Below are positions 1-10,699 of a DNA stretch of 64,000 nucleotides, one piece after another. The position numbers were made by a program, and so were the translations under genes. Below the pieces are notes generated by a model. It was given only the letters and a program-made list of their open reading frames with translations, did not search any database and was not told the DNA's origin. Origin of the DNA: Leptolyngbyaceae cyanobacterium (GTDB lineage: Bacteria > Cyanobacteriota > Cyanobacteriia > Phormidesmidales > Phormidesmidaceae); contig CBDHHL010000032.1 of assembly GCA_965263355.1 (NCBI GenBank), positions 2,944,001 to 3,008,000 of the forward strand, written 5' to 3'. Positions within the stretch are counted from its first letter, which is position 1; each line of letters opens with the position of its first letter.

Positions 1-190
1 ACTCTTGTTTTGTGGGCAACCCACCCCAAATCAGTAAATAAGCCGTCTCTAAGAAAGTGCTTTTTTGGGCTAACTCTTCAATACGAATACCTCGGTATTC
101 TAAAATTCCTTCCTGACCGTTGACATAACTAATGCTTGATTCTGTGGCGGGAATCCCCTCTAAACCAGGGCGATATTCGCATAGGTTCAT
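1..190 (-). CDS. gltA: citrate synthase, 5' part (truncated by window edge)
   Basis: Own translation of minus strand from ATG at 190: [59 protein letters not shown], the typical citrate synthase N-terminus; not in ORF track. Confidence 0.93.
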   Translation of the reverse strand, partial: MNLCEYRPGLEGIPATESSISYVNGQEGILEYRGIRIEELAQKSTFLETAYLLIWGGLPTKQE

Positions 191-306
191 CTTTAATCGT
201 CCTACCGCTACTCTCTTTTGTTCTTTAAGGATATCGAGAACTGGCCTATTCCGATATTTTCCATGGATGCAACTAAGCTTTTCTCAAAGAAAAATTAGTC
301 TATTCG

Positions 307-825
307 CTAGAGGATGAGGCGAGGGGGAGCTAGCCAAAAAAGCTCACTTTGACCAATGGCATAGTTTGCCTTGGGAACGGTTATGCCAATGATGCCAGCT
401 TTTTTCAAAATCCATCGGTTGGTTCTGCTGCCGTGGACCAATTGTTGTGCCCAGTGGCTTAAGTCGGGTTCATGACCTACTAAAGCAAGGGTTTTATGGT
501 CGGTTGACTGCCAAGTGGTCAGCCAATCTAGCCAGGTCTTTAAACTGCCATCAGGGGCCAAAGGTTGGAATACTTGGTAGTCCGGCGCTAAATTCGTTTG
601 ACACAAAATTTCAGTAGTTTGAACCGCTCGCACTAATGGACTAGTGAGCAATGTATCAAATTCTAATCCTAGATTTACTAGTCGCTGAGCGATTTTTTCG
701 GTTTTATGAATTCCTTTTGTAGTCAGAGGACGCTGATTATTATCTGAGGAATTGTCCCGCTCAGCAGCAATGCCGTGTCGAATAAAATAAACCTGAGTAT
801 TGTGTATGTTGCTAGTAAGCGTCAT
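307..825 (-). CDS. sixA: phosphohistidine phosphatase SixA
   Basis: FIRHGIA (RHG), TSPLVRAVQT and LVGHEP motifs. Confidence 0.92.
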   Translation of the reverse strand: MTLTSNIHNTQVYFIRHGIAAERDNSSDNNQRPLTTKGIHKTEKIAQRLVNLGLEFDTLLTSPLVRAVQTTEILCQTNLAPDYQVFQPLAPDGSLKTWLDWLTTWQSTDHKTLALVGHEPDLSHWAQQLVHGSRTNRWILKKAGIIGITVPKANYAIGQSELFWLAPPRLIL

Positions 826-1008
826 CGATCTTGCTCAATCCTAGTTGGTCTGTCAAGCCTAAGATTTAGGATGAGGCTAGTAAAGAGTCAAACGGGATGA
901 ATCGTAACGCTTTAACCTTTACTCTCTTCTACTAATACAGAATACTAATTTTTAGCGTTGATGCTGCACTAGTCTGTGTTACTTATGTCCTCGATGAGGA
1001 CAGGTAAT

Positions 1009-1512
1009 TTAACTAGGTAGACCGATTACGTACTTACGCCATTCCTTATGAGCATCTCCACGCGTGTGGCGAGCAATTTCAAAATAAAGACTACTGTGGG
1101 GCTGACGCGGTGTAATCCGCAACGGCATTCTAGCTTCTTTTGGTGTGCGGTTGCCCTTCTTTACGTTGCAACGTACGCAGGCAGAAACCATATTTTCCCA
1201 AACCTCTTTCCCACCGCGAGAACGGGGAATCACATGATCTAGAGTAAGACCGTCCCCGACATAACCACAGTACTGACAGGTATGATTATCACGATAGAGC
1301 AGGTTGCGTCGCGTCAAAGGAATTTCCTTGTATGGAATGCGAACGTAGTGACGTAGACGAATAACTGTGGGCAGAGGAAAATTTGCGTATACTGATCGAC
1401 TGTTGTGCTCCACAGTCTCTGCCTTTCCCTTAATAATCAACACAATGGCTCGTCGCCAGCTTGTGATGTTCAAGGGTTCATAGGAAGCATTTAGGACTAG
1501 AACCTTACTCAT
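1009..1512 (-). CDS. HNH endonuclease (conserved cyanobacterial type)
   Basis: VLVLNASYEPL start; CQYCG...LTLDHVIPRSRGG...ACVRCNVKK. Confidence 0.92.
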   Translation of the reverse strand: MSKVLVLNASYEPLNITSWRRAIVLIIKGKAETVEHNSRSVYANFPLPTVIRLRHYVRIPYKEIPLTRRNLLYRDNHTCQYCGYVGDGLTLDHVIPRSRGGKEVWENMVSACVRCNVKKGNRTPKEARMPLRITPRQPHSSLYFEIARHTRGDAHKEWRKYVIGLPS

Positions 1513-1621
1513 TGAGGTTCATCTAAAAGTTGTGATTTGATACTAACACAGGTCGTTTGAATGCTTTGATAATTGCGATACTGCGGCTCTGGTGTGGTGT
1601 TTTCAGTTAGGGAGATCCAAG

Positions 1622-2824
1622 ATGCTGAGGTGGGAAGATACGCCAAGTGTGTCGGCAATGCGATGCTCACGTGCTTGGGTGGAGATTAATTTGGATGCCG
1701 TCCGTCATAATGTACGACAGTTTCGTAATTTACTGCGACCGACCACCGATTTAATGGCGGTGGTCAAGGCTGATGCCTATGGCCATGGTGCAGTAGCTAT
1801 TGCCCAGACTGCCTTAGAGGCTGGGGCCACATGGCTAGGGGTGGCGACGGTTCCGGAGGGGATCGAATTGCGTCAGGCTGGCTTAAACGCACCTATTTTG
1901 GTGATGGGGGCGTTGCACCATGCAGAAGAAGTGCGGGCGTTAGCTCGTTGGCAGTTGCAACCCACCATTGTTACTCCCAAGCAAGCGTTAGTGTTTGCTG
2001 AAGCCCTCAGTGATGCCTGTTTGCCGTTGCCGGTACATATCAAGCTTGATACAGGAATGTCTCGGTTGGGATTTGATTGGCGGCGGGCTTTAGAGTTTGT
2101 GGAGTTTGTAGGGCGGTTGCCTGCTTTGCAAATCACTCACTTATATTCTCACTTTGCAACGGCGGATGAACCGGATGATAGAGAAATGCGACGTCAGCAT
2201 GATCGATTTGAACGTGCGATCGCAATTCTCAAAAGCCATAACCAACTACCCCATCATCTCCATCTGGCGAATACAGCAGCCACTCTTAGTGACGCTGATG
2301 CACTCCAATACGACATGGTACGTGTGGGGTTGGGACTATACGGCTTATCTCCTGCACCGCATCTGAAATCTTTGCTCAACTTGCAACCCGCTTTGGAAGT
2401 CAAAGCACGCATTACGCACATCAAAAAGATTCCTGCTGGTGCTGGTGTGAGCTATGGACATCGATTTATTGCCAAACAACCGCTCACCATTGCCGTGGTG
2501 GGCATTGGTTATGCCGATGGTATCCCTCGTCAGTTATCAAATAAATTGACTGTCTTGATTGGCGATCAGTGCATTTGCCAGATTGGCGCGATCACTATGG
2601 ATCAGCTGATGCTAAATGTGTCTGAAGTTCATGGTCTGACAGAGGGCGATATTGTCACTTTGCTCGGGAGTTCCAACTCACATCAGATCACCGCCGATGA
2701 CTGGGCGAATACTATCGGGACAATTTCCTGGGAAATTTTATGTGGCTTTAAGCATCGGCTACCAAGAATTATGACAAGAAATAGTTCCAGAAAGCTTTAC
2801 CATGCTAAAGATACCTTGTTATAA
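1622..2824 (+). CDS. alr: alanine racemase
   Basis: AVVKADAYGHG PLP-lysine motif, KLDTGMSRLG, GYADG; ATG 1622 preferred over GTG 1592. Confidence 0.96.
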   Translation: MLRWEDTPSVSAMRCSRAWVEINLDAVRHNVRQFRNLLRPTTDLMAVVKADAYGHGAVAIAQTALEAGATWLGVATVPEGIELRQAGLNAPILVMGALHHAEEVRALARWQLQPTIVTPKQALVFAEALSDACLPLPVHIKLDTGMSRLGFDWRRALEFVEFVGRLPALQITHLYSHFATADEPDDREMRRQHDRFERAIAILKSHNQLPHHLHLANTAATLSDADALQYDMVRVGLGLYGLSPAPHLKSLLNLQPALEVKARITHIKKIPAGAGVSYGHRFIAKQPLTIAVVGIGYADGIPRQLSNKLTVLIGDQCICQIGAITMDQLMLNVSEVHGLTEGDIVTLLGSSNSHQITADDWANTIGTISWEILCGFKHRLPRIMTRNSSRKLYHAKDTLL

Positions 2825-2839
2825 TGCAGCTCTGACCTT

Positions 2840-2928
2840 GGAGAAGTGGCTGAGTGGTTGAAAGCGGCTCCCTGCTAAGGAGTTATAGGGCGTAAGCTTT
2901 ATCGAGGGTTCGAATCCCTCCTTCTCCG
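2840..2928 (+). tRNA. tRNA-Ser(GCT)
   Basis: GGAGAAG/CTTCTCC acceptor stem, anticodon loop CT-GCT-AA, long variable arm, GGTTCGAATCC T-arm, discriminator G. Confidence 0.95.
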
Positions 2929-2942
2929 TTTTCAAGCATTTT

Positions 2943-3512
2943 TTAGGTTGACCGACTCGCATTATGTACCGCCCAGAGTAAGCGTTCTGGACTAGCATTT
3001 GTATGGGCAAATGAAAACAAGTGTTGGAACACAAGTTTACCTGAACGACTTACTACAAACTGGGCTGGCAAAGGAGCACCTAATGCTTGTCCTGTCCCAT
3101 ATTGACGAAAGCTTGTACAACTAGGATCGACTAATAGAGGCATTGCTAGCCCTAAATCTCTTTGGATGAGCTTGCTTTGATCCATATCAGTACTCGTCAC
3201 CATAAGTACTTCTGCACCCAGCTGCTCAAATTTCTTGTAAGCTTCCACCATCGACAGGATATGTGGATAACAAAATGGGCAATACTGCTTTTCAGTAAAA
3301 ATGCGAGTAAAAGCAATCACTACAACCGCTTTATGCCGATAGTTTGATAGCCTAATCGGCGCTCTTTGCTCCACCACTGGGAGTTCAAAATCAGGTAAAG
3401 CTTGACCGATTTGAAATTTGCTTAATGCAGGTAGTGGTAGAAAATTTCTAACAAATCGCTGACTAATGACCCCGCGAAAATCCATCGAGGTCAGCTTAAA
3501 AGCTATAGTCAT
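2943..3512 (-). CDS. AhpC/TSA (peroxiredoxin-like) family protein
   Basis: GQALPDFELP, YCPFC motif, PAQFVVSRSG thioredoxin-fold pattern. Confidence 0.82.
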   Translation of the reverse strand: MTIAFKLTSMDFRGVISQRFVRNFLPLPALSKFQIGQALPDFELPVVEQRAPIRLSNYRHKAVVVIAFTRIFTEKQYCPFCYPHILSMVEAYKKFEQLGAEVLMVTSTDMDQSKLIQRDLGLAMPLLVDPSCTSFRQYGTGQALGAPLPAQFVVSRSGKLVFQHLFSFAHTNASPERLLWAVHNASRST

Positions 3513-3565
3513 TTACACCTGAACTATAAAACTAATTTAATTATGGAGCCCAGTTTGTCCAGTCA

Positions 3566-4171
3566 CTAGATTGAAGCAAAAAATTCTTTAGATTTCACAG
3601 GATCAGGGGTCATTGTTTTCTCTCCAGGCGTCCATCCTGCGGGACAGACCTCATCAGGATGAGACTGTACATGCTGTACGGCCTGTAAAATCCGTAACGT
3701 TTCATCTACGCTGCGACCAAACGATAAATTATTGATAGTTGAGTACTGTACGATGCCATCTTTATCAATTAAAAATAAGCCACGGAGCGCCACACCTACC
3801 TCAGGTTCCAAGACATTATAGGCAGAGCTGATTTCCTTTTTAATATCAGACACTAGTGGATAGGCTAAATCACCTAACCCCCCTTCCTTACGCTCTGTCT
3901 GAATCCAAGCTAAGTGGGAAAATTCACTGTCAACAGAAACACCCAGGATCTCAGTTTTAAGACCAGTAAACTCCTCATATCGGTCACTAAAAGCTATTAT
4001 TTCGGTTGGACAAACAAATGTAAAATCTAGCGGGTAGAAAAAAAGAACAACATATTGACCACGATAGTCTGAGAGCTTGATAGTCTTAAACTCTTGATCA
4101 ACAACGGCTGTTGCCGTGAAATCAGGAGCAGGTTGACCAACACGCAGATATGCTTCCGCTGGACTACTCAT
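3566..4171 (-). CDS. 2-Cys peroxiredoxin
   Basis: [14 protein letters not shown] and EVCPAGW motifs; likely start ATG 4171. Confidence 0.96.
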   Translation of the reverse strand: MSSPAEAYLRVGQPAPDFTATAVVDQEFKTIKLSDYRGQYVVLFFYPLDFTFVCPTEIIAFSDRYEEFTGLKTEILGVSVDSEFSHLAWIQTERKEGGLGDLAYPLVSDIKKEISSAYNVLEPEVGVALRGLFLIDKDGIVQYSTINNLSFGRSVDETLRILQAVQHVQSHPDEVCPAGWTPGEKTMTPDPVKSKEFFASI

Positions 4172-4387
4172 GCGTTTGTCTCCCACCAACTGAACTAATT
4201 ATTATGCACATCTAATGCTGTCTTAACCTAATTGTCTAATTCTCAAACGATGTAGCAAAGCCAAACAGCATAACTACATCGAAAACTGACATGTGGCTAC
4301 TTGGTGAGCGATATTCAAAGGCTCTACTTGCTAATCAAACTAACATAGTCACTCAAACAGCGTGACACGTGTAATGGAAAAGTAGAA

Positions 4388-4459
4388 TGGCTCAGACGTG
4401 ATTTGAACACGTGACCAAGGGCTTATGAGTCCCCTGCTCTACCACTGAGCTACTGAGCC
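4388..4459 (-). tRNA. tRNA-Met(CAT), probably elongator
   Basis: Reverse complement GGCTCAG...CT-CAT-AA...GTTCAAATC...CTGAGCCA; paired G1:C72 argues against fMet; Ile2 not fully excluded. Confidence 0.9.
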
Positions 4460-4627
4460 GCTATTGGTTGCCTCATACTCAGCAACTATCCTAATTTATC
4501 ACGAAATCTCAAGGGCAAAAAACTACATAGAGAATTAGCTGACTATTCAGCTTCCCTGACAGAAGCTATCAAAAAAGTTTCAAGATAAGCCTCATATTTA
4601 GACATGCCATTAGATTCATGCTCTAAA

Positions 4628-4661
4628 GAGACGGCCTATCATCGTAACAATAGGCCGTCTC
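4628..4661 (-). terminator. probable intrinsic terminator downstream of LysM/M23 gene
   Basis: GAGACGGCCTA / TAGGCCGTCTC inverted repeat about 25 bp past the stop codon. Confidence 0.65.
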
Positions 4662-4685
4662 AGGTTTTAATCAGTTACCAGTAGA

Positions 4686-6665
4686 TTAATTACTAGGTAG
4701 CATTGCCATCGGATTCACTGTTCCACGATCAGGTAAATGAACCTCAAAGTGTAGGTGAGGGCCAGTACTATAACCAGTACTTCCCATGTCAGCAATGTGC
4801 TGGCCTTGAGAGACCCGCTGACCAGGCCTGACTGTTATACGGCTATTGTGAGCATAACGGGTCATACTACCATCCGCATGACGAACCTCAACGAGGTTAC
4901 CATAGCCACCCGAGTTCCAGCCTGCCCTCTCGACAACACCAGCAGCAGCAGAAACGATTGGGGTACCTACAGGACCAGCAACATCGATACCTCGGTGCAT
5001 ACGACCCCATCGCCAACCATAACCAGAGGTCAACGTACCACGGGTAGGCCATATGTAGCCATTAAAATAGTCGGGGGCTTCTGGCAAATACTCATCAGCC
5101 GATGGCATGATTGGCATTTCAGGCGAGACAACCTGGCCTGCTGCTGAAGTAGGTGAAGACACATAAACACTTGGATCGAGTGGAGCAGCAGCTAGCAACT
5201 CAGAATCCTGTGTAGATTGATTATCGGAGATAGCCCGAGCCTCTAATCGATCGCCCTGGAATTCGGGGTTAACTACAGCACCTTCAGTGATTGACGTAGG
5301 CTGTTTTAATGCAATGTCTCTATCCGATTCAAGAGAAGGTTGGAGCCCCTGAGCAGAATTAACTTCCGCTAATAAACTTGCTGTATATGGATCATCAACA
5401 GTGACAGATTCAGTCTCAGCATCCAGGGCAACAGTTGTGTTCTCAGCTTGAGAAGCAATTAATCCACTCTGCCCACGCTGTAGACGCTGTAAAGTTGAGG
5501 ACGCGTTAATACGATTTTCAACAGTTGACTGCAATCGAGTCAATCGAGTGTCATCAAGATGGTTGATAGATGAAGAGGCAGTTAGTTCAGATGAAGAAGA
5601 GTTAGCTGAGGTGTCTGATGCATCAGCTAAAACTAACTCATCAGTGCCCTTCTCTCCTGGGACGGCTAATGTTTCACCTGCAACAATAAAGTCAGGATTG
5701 TCTAATTCATTGACATCAGCAAGTTCCTCAGATGTAGTGCCCAATGTCAGAGCAATATCCTCAACGGTGTCTCCGGGACGGACCTCATATCCTGGCAAAC
5801 TTGCTTCAGTGGATTCTTCAGGCAATGAGGAGGTTGTGGCATCCTCTGGAACAGCTTCTTGCGACTCAGCTTTTAAGGTAGCAGCTGTATCAATCCGTAG
5901 GCTGGCAACCTGATGACCTTCTGATTCAAGCTGTTGCAAATCAGCTTGAAATCCATCCGATTGGGATACTAGACCTGCTGAGCGCAGAGAAACATCTCCA
6001 GTTAGTTCTTCAGTAGCAACAACAACCGGCGCATCAGCAGTATTTGACGACAATTCAGACTGCTCTAAATTCTTGACGGTGCTGTCGGCATTAGGAATTC
6101 CTGCAACCAGGTGCTCAAGATTAGGTACCTGTTGCTGCTGACTTATATCACTTTGGGTACCTGGTAAAAGTGATACTAGAGTTGGCTTAGCTAGTTCTTC
6201 ACTAGGAACTTTGATTACCTGGCCAACCTGCAGTTTTGTATCTGGCGATATTCGGTTCGCAACCTTAATGTCTTGAACTTCAACCCGATGTTCCTGAGCA
6301 ATTTGCCAAAGGCTATCACCTTGCTCAACGGTGTGATAAACAGCTTGACCATTTACCGAAGGCTGCTCCAAATGATTATGAAGCACAGATGGTAACTGGG
6401 GTGATTCGCTTGAATTTGCCTGTGTTGTAACCGAAAACGATCCAACAGCTGCAGTTGCTTCACTATCAGCGAATAAAACTCCAGATGCACCAAACGAAAG
6501 TGCAAGTCCCAGCATAGCGACAGACTTTGATCTGCCACCGTTTACAGACGGAGCTTGCTCAGCAACAGCATTCGTATCGGAAAAACATGAATGACTTGCT
6601 TCAGACTTGGGCTCCTGAAAATTTGCTCGTTTCAAGGAATAACCTCCTAAATGACCAGCGTTCAA
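4686..6665 (-). CDS. LysM-domain M23 family peptidoglycan endopeptidase (NlpD-like)
   Basis: Two LysM repeats (YHTVEQGDSLWQIA, YEVRPGDTVEDIA); C-terminal M23 domain HRGID...YAH...GPHLHFE; start uncertain. Confidence 0.92.
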   Translation of the reverse strand: MNAGHLGGYSLKRANFQEPKSEASHSCFSDTNAVAEQAPSVNGGRSKSVAMLGLALSFGASGVLFADSEATAAVGSFSVTTQANSSESPQLPSVLHNHLEQPSVNGQAVYHTVEQGDSLWQIAQEHRVEVQDIKVANRISPDTKLQVGQVIKVPSEELAKPTLVSLLPGTQSDISQQQQVPNLEHLVAGIPNADSTVKNLEQSELSSNTADAPVVVATEELTGDVSLRSAGLVSQSDGFQADLQQLESEGHQVASLRIDTAATLKAESQEAVPEDATTSSLPEESTEASLPGYEVRPGDTVEDIALTLGTTSEELADVNELDNPDFIVAGETLAVPGEKGTDELVLADASDTSANSSSSELTASSSINHLDDTRLTRLQSTVENRINASSTLQRLQRGQSGLIASQAENTTVALDAETESVTVDDPYTASLLAEVNSAQGLQPSLESDRDIALKQPTSITEGAVVNPEFQGDRLEARAISDNQSTQDSELLAAAPLDPSVYVSSPTSAAGQVVSPEMPIMPSADEYLPEAPDYFNGYIWPTRGTLTSGYGWRWGRMHRGIDVAGPVGTPIVSAAAGVVERAGWNSGGYGNLVEVRHADGSMTRYAHNSRITVRPGQRVSQGQHIADMGSTGYSTGPHLHFEVHLPDRGTVNPMAMLPSN

Positions 6666-7363
6666 CTGTTCGAAACCAACTTGTCCCTATGCAGTTGCCC
6701 GATAGCAGGCCGTTGACTACAAGTTGAATCAGGTAGATAAGGCGTGAACCAAAGGCAAAAGAAAACCTTTGGCAGAGGAATACCTTTCGTACCCAACTTA
6801 GGCAAGTTTACACGACTTAATCAAAAGATCAATCCTGTGCAAAACAAGTTCCATTGGATTCTCAAAAATCAATACAAAATTGAATTTGCCATGGATTTTT
6901 ATCTCGACAGGATGTTTCAAATGCTTGTCCGAAATCCTTTGGATCCCTTTTGTAGTCAACTGTTTACGCTATTTGGTTGAGACCCTTTAAGAAGCTAGCT
7001 GTGGACAAAAAAACACACTTCCTTTTCAACGGCTGATTTGCCATGGTGGATAACCCAAATAGTCTTATTTCCTAGGTTTCCCAGTCGTTTTGCAAAATTA
7101 ATTGTGATTGCTCGCTGACTAGCCCTTGATCGATATAGAAAATTTTTATCGCAAGAACCATTGATTTGTATCTCAGGTGACTGTCTTGCTGAGATTGATA
7201 GGAGCCCGAAACCCTGCTTTTGCGCTTAACTTAACTGCTTATTAGTACATTCTTATCAAGGCGCTGGTGGATAGCGCCTGAGGACAAGCGGTGCGATATA
7301 TCTATAGGTTCATAGATATATAGTCTGATCGACTGTCAGGGTTGGATGCTCAGATATCTAGAA

Positions 7364-7855
7364 TTATTGATCTGGGCTTAGGGTGCATGAGGATAGATAG
7401 TTGAGCTGTCGTAGAGCTTCAAATAGTCCAATAGCGGCACTTACTGAAAGATTTAAACTACGTACACTGCTATGTAGCATAGGGATTTTAGCCGTATAGT
7501 CACAGGTGTCCAGGAGTCTCTTGGGGAGACCTTGACTTTCGCTGCCAAATAACAGCCAATCGTTTGTCTGATACTTAATTTCTATATAGCTATATGTGCT
7601 TTTTGTGGTGAAGCCTATTAGTCTGCCTCCGATACTTTGCTGATATTGGCAGAAGCTGTCTATATCTGGATGAACTTGTAGACTAACGTGTGGCCAGTAA
7701 TCTAAGCCTGCTCTCTTGAGATAGCGATCGCTCAGTTCAAAGCCAAGAGGCTCTATCAGATGCAGTTCTGTAGCAGTGGCGGCGCATGTGCGAGCAATAT
7801 TGCCAGTGTTAGGGGGGATCTCCGGATTAACAAGGACGATTCTGGGGATTGGCAT
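7364..7855 (-). CDS. trmL: tRNA (cytidine(34)-2'-O)-methyltransferase
   Basis: PEIPPNTGNIARTCAA, LKRAGLDYW, FGSESQGL, RSLNLS; start ATG 7855 (MPIPRIVL). Confidence 0.93.
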   Translation of the reverse strand: MPIPRIVLVNPEIPPNTGNIARTCAATATELHLIEPLGFELSDRYLKRAGLDYWPHVSLQVHPDIDSFCQYQQSIGGRLIGFTTKSTYSYIEIKYQTNDWLLFGSESQGLPKRLLDTCDYTAKIPMLHSSVRSLNLSVSAAIGLFEALRQLNYLSSCTLSPDQ

Positions 7856-8093
7856 AGTTGTGAATATCGTGATCTTTGTATCTTGGTTGGCCTTTTTCGA
7901 TGTTTTGCCCCTGCGTTTAACCGTTTTTATATAGGAGTTACTAATCAATCGATCTGAATGATGGGTCTTAGCCGTTTTTTTTATGTCCTGATCTCTGAAA
8001 AGGGCTATCGCACTGCCGATCTATATCATTGACCAATCGATGACTTGTAAATATATAAACGTAGGTTTTCATAGGAAAACTGAGCGGAGGATC

Positions 8094-9242
8094 TTATGCA
8101 GGTTGGCATAAATCGCTTTGTAAGGCTTGTTCTTGTCGTTCCATGATTTGGATGGTTTGAGCAATTACCTGAGATACTTCCAATCCGTTCTCCACTTGCT
8201 TTAGCCAGTTTTGTGACTGGTTGCCTTCTCTGAGAATTTGTTTGATAGGAGTTAGAAAGCAAGCAATGCCATGGGCTTTTGCAATGGGCAGGACTTCGTT
8301 ATAAAGCTGGGTGATCCAATCGGTGGCATTGATCAACTCACCGTCATGCCAATGGCGTAACTGTGCATTGAGACTAGTGTGGGCAACTTCTTGTTCATTG
8401 GCATGAATTATTGCCAATAAGTCATCATGGCGATTATTGATCGGCAATTGGCTAGAGGTGAGAGGATCTAAGCTTGGATCTTGCTGAAGTTGCAGAATGC
8501 GTGATTCTAAGAGGGCAGTAATTGCCAATAAGTGAATTGGATCGGTCACCAAGTCTGAAATTCTGATTTCAATGCGGTTCAAATTGTAAGGGCGACAGTC
8601 GCCGTTGGGGCGTACAGATATCCAGAGATGGCGCACATTTTGCATGGTGCCTAGTTTGAGCTGGGCTTCTGTCCACTGAATAAAATGCTTATGACTTTCA
8701 AATAAGGGAACATTTTTTGGGGTCTGGGGAAAGACATGCCAGCGCGTAGAATGATAACCGGTCACTTGGTTGTCAATAAACGGTGATGATGCACTTAAAG
8801 CCAGGATTAAAGGAGCTTCAGCCCTTACCAATCGACAGGCACGCATCAACATCTCTGGGTCACTAATACCTATATTGATGTGAATACTAGCGGTGACTAC
8901 ATTGGTCCCATAGGTATTCTCAATGTAGGCATGATATGGATTTTGCGGATCGGAGCGATAAAATACTTGGCTATTACCTGTAGATAGGGTGCTGCCTGGA
9001 ATTAAGGTGTAGTTTGAGTCAAGATTTTTCAGGAATTGTCTTAGTCGACGGCGAGGGGTCACTAACTCACAAAGTAATTGCTCGTATTGCTGTAATGGTG
9101 GTGTTGTGTATTCAACATTTCGATTGTCGGGTTCTCGCACAAATCCGCTCAGAGATTTAACAATTTTGTCTGACAGACCGATAATTTCTCCGTCGGTTTT
9201 GCCAGTGTACATTTCGACTTCAAACCCTTTTGACAGCAGCAC
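8094..9242 (-). CDS. gshA: glutamate--cysteine ligase (cyanobacterial type)
   Basis: LLSKGFEVEMYTG, REPDNRNVEYTT, YGTNVVTASIHINIG, NVRHLW; likely GTG start 9242 (ORF open to 9287). Confidence 0.92.
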   Translation of the reverse strand: MLLSKGFEVEMYTGKTDGEIIGLSDKIVKSLSGFVREPDNRNVEYTTPPLQQYEQLLCELVTPRRRLRQFLKNLDSNYTLIPGSTLSTGNSQVFYRSDPQNPYHAYIENTYGTNVVTASIHINIGISDPEMLMRACRLVRAEAPLILALSASSPFIDNQVTGYHSTRWHVFPQTPKNVPLFESHKHFIQWTEAQLKLGTMQNVRHLWISVRPNGDCRPYNLNRIEIRISDLVTDPIHLLAITALLESRILQLQQDPSLDPLTSSQLPINNRHDDLLAIIHANEQEVAHTSLNAQLRHWHDGELINATDWITQLYNEVLPIAKAHGIACFLTPIKQILREGNQSQNWLKQVENGLEVSQVIAQTIQIMERQEQALQSDLCQPA

Positions 9243-9668
9243 AATGTTACTCCGATGTAGGCTTTCCGTTTTTAAAAAGCGTGGCACCTGTCCATATTAA
9301 ATGTTGAAGAGTGGACTGGAACGGTCGCTGTTTGATGGGTTTATTCAGATATGCATCAAGGTGTCAGGTCGGTCTCAAAGGGGTTGGTGTAGATGGAACC
9401 AAGGCTGTAGTTAAGAACGTAGACTTTTGATTAAAGTGATGCTGGTGTGTCATCTTGATGACTGGGCATTTTATGTAAGATAAAGCTACTAAGGGCTTCT
9501 GCCTAGAAATTAGCGATTAGCTTAAAGAATAAAGCTAGTTTTCTCAGTGGCATGTCTATAAGGAAAATAAGAATAATTTTTCTCTTATGGATGCGATTAT
9601 CGAAGGTAGATAGGTTAAGCTACTAGGAATACATACCTAGTAACACGTCTGCTGTCTTATAGGTTTGG

Positions 9669-10250
9669 TTGACTGTGAATCAGGATATTTTAGGTTTTAC
9701 TACTTCTAATACAGTCATAAGTGGCAGTTCTATCGTCCAACTGAGTGCTGATGACTGCCAACGAGTGAGTGTCAGAACTGAGAAGTTGACATCGCGGCAG
9801 CGTCAAATTGTTGCGTCTGTAGCTATTCCACGGTCATTGGAGCAAGTGTGGAAGATTCTGACAGATTATGAAAGTTTGGCAGATTTTATCCCAAACTTAA
9901 CAAGTAGTCGGCTATTAACTCATCCTGATGGGGGTATCCGGTTAGAACAAATCGGTGCTCAGTGTTTTTTGAACTTTAAATTTTGTGCACGCGTCATTTT
10001 GGATATGACGGAAGTCTTTCCTAGGGAAATTGGATTTTCCATGGTGGAAGGTGATTTTAAGAAGTTTATCGGTAGGTGGACGTTACAGCCTGCGCTTTTA
10101 GATGAACAGGCTGCAACAATATTGGCTTATGAACTGATGGTGCAGCCACCACTAGCGATGCCTGTTCAGTTGATTGAGCATCATATTTGCCGCAATCTGA
10201 CTCAAAATTTGATAGCAATTTGCGATCGCACCACAGAGCAATTTGCCTAG
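9669..10250 (+). CDS. SRPBCC (polyketide cyclase/dehydrase) family protein
   Basis: VWKILTDYESLADFIPNL, FSMVEGDFKKF motifs. Confidence 0.85.
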   Translation: MTVNQDILGFTTSNTVISGSSIVQLSADDCQRVSVRTEKLTSRQRQIVASVAIPRSLEQVWKILTDYESLADFIPNLTSSRLLTHPDGGIRLEQIGAQCFLNFKFCARVILDMTEVFPREIGFSMVEGDFKKFIGRWTLQPALLDEQAATILAYELMVQPPLAMPVQLIEHHICRNLTQNLIAICDRTTEQFA

Positions 10251-10328
10251 AGCAAGGGGCGTGAAATGCCATCACGTAACTACCAAATGCTCTTAATAGA
10301 TATATCTGGTTTTTGTTAGAGCGCTTAG

Positions 10329-10370
10329 CAATAACAATTCATTTGCCTACAGCTATAGGGGCTGGTGCAT
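10329..10370 (+). repeat. 42-bp direct repeat, copy 1 (putative long target-site duplication)
   Basis: CAATAACAATTCATTTGCCTACAGCTATAGGGGCTGGTGCAT; 40/42 identical to 10583-10624. Confidence 0.9.
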
Positions 10371-10582
10371 CCCACATTCCGCCATGAAATTGGCACATCG
10401 GATAATTAATAGCGAAGCCAATGGATCACAGCCTCTAAAGAGACATGAATTCTCAATAAAGCCTAACTATTGAGAATGATCTGGAAGTAGTTCAAATGAA
10501 TTGTCTGGATACTCAAAGTCTCTATGCAAAAGGCTTTCAGATTTAATATCTGATTGTGGCAGTTGCGAGTGCGGAATATCGC
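10371..10582. mobile_element. putative non-autonomous IS1634-family MITE (212 bp)
   Basis: Ends CCCACATTCCGC ... GCGGAATATCGC form an imperfect inverted repeat (9/12) that exactly abuts the 42-bp direct repeats; no ORF in the track. Confidence 0.62.
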
Positions 10583-10624
10583 CAATAACAATTCGTTTGC
10601 CTATAGCTATAGGGGCTGGTGCAT
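10583..10624 (+). repeat. 42-bp direct repeat, copy 2
   Basis: CAATAACAATTCGTTTGCCTATAGCTATAGGGGCTGGTGCAT. Confidence 0.9.
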
Positions 10625-10661
10625 AGCAGACTGATAATGAATGAGTAAGAAAGAATTCATC

Positions 10662-10693
10662 AAAAAGCGCTGTTGGAAGTTTCCAACAGCGCT
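10662..10693 (-). terminator. intrinsic terminator of tRNA-Glu
   Basis: AGCGCTGTTGGAA/TTCCAACAGCGCT hairpin with a T-tract on the minus strand, just 3' of the tRNA. Confidence 0.8.
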
Positions 10694-10699
10694 CTTAAA

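Noticed and set aside
1009..1512. HNH endonuclease near tRNA-Ser as a mobile or defence element
   Set aside because: Looks like the conserved cyanobacterial HNH protein in a housekeeping context next to alr; no integrase or att repeats
7259..7321. Two hairpins in the nlpD-trmL intergenic region as an ncRNA
   Set aside because: Short stems just downstream of trmL are explained as terminator or stability hairpins; no recognisable RNA family
10329..10624. 42-bp repeat pair as a CRISPR mini-array or tRNA att site
   Set aside because: Only two copies with a 212-bp spacer, no cas genes, and the repeat does not match the tRNA-Glu 3' end
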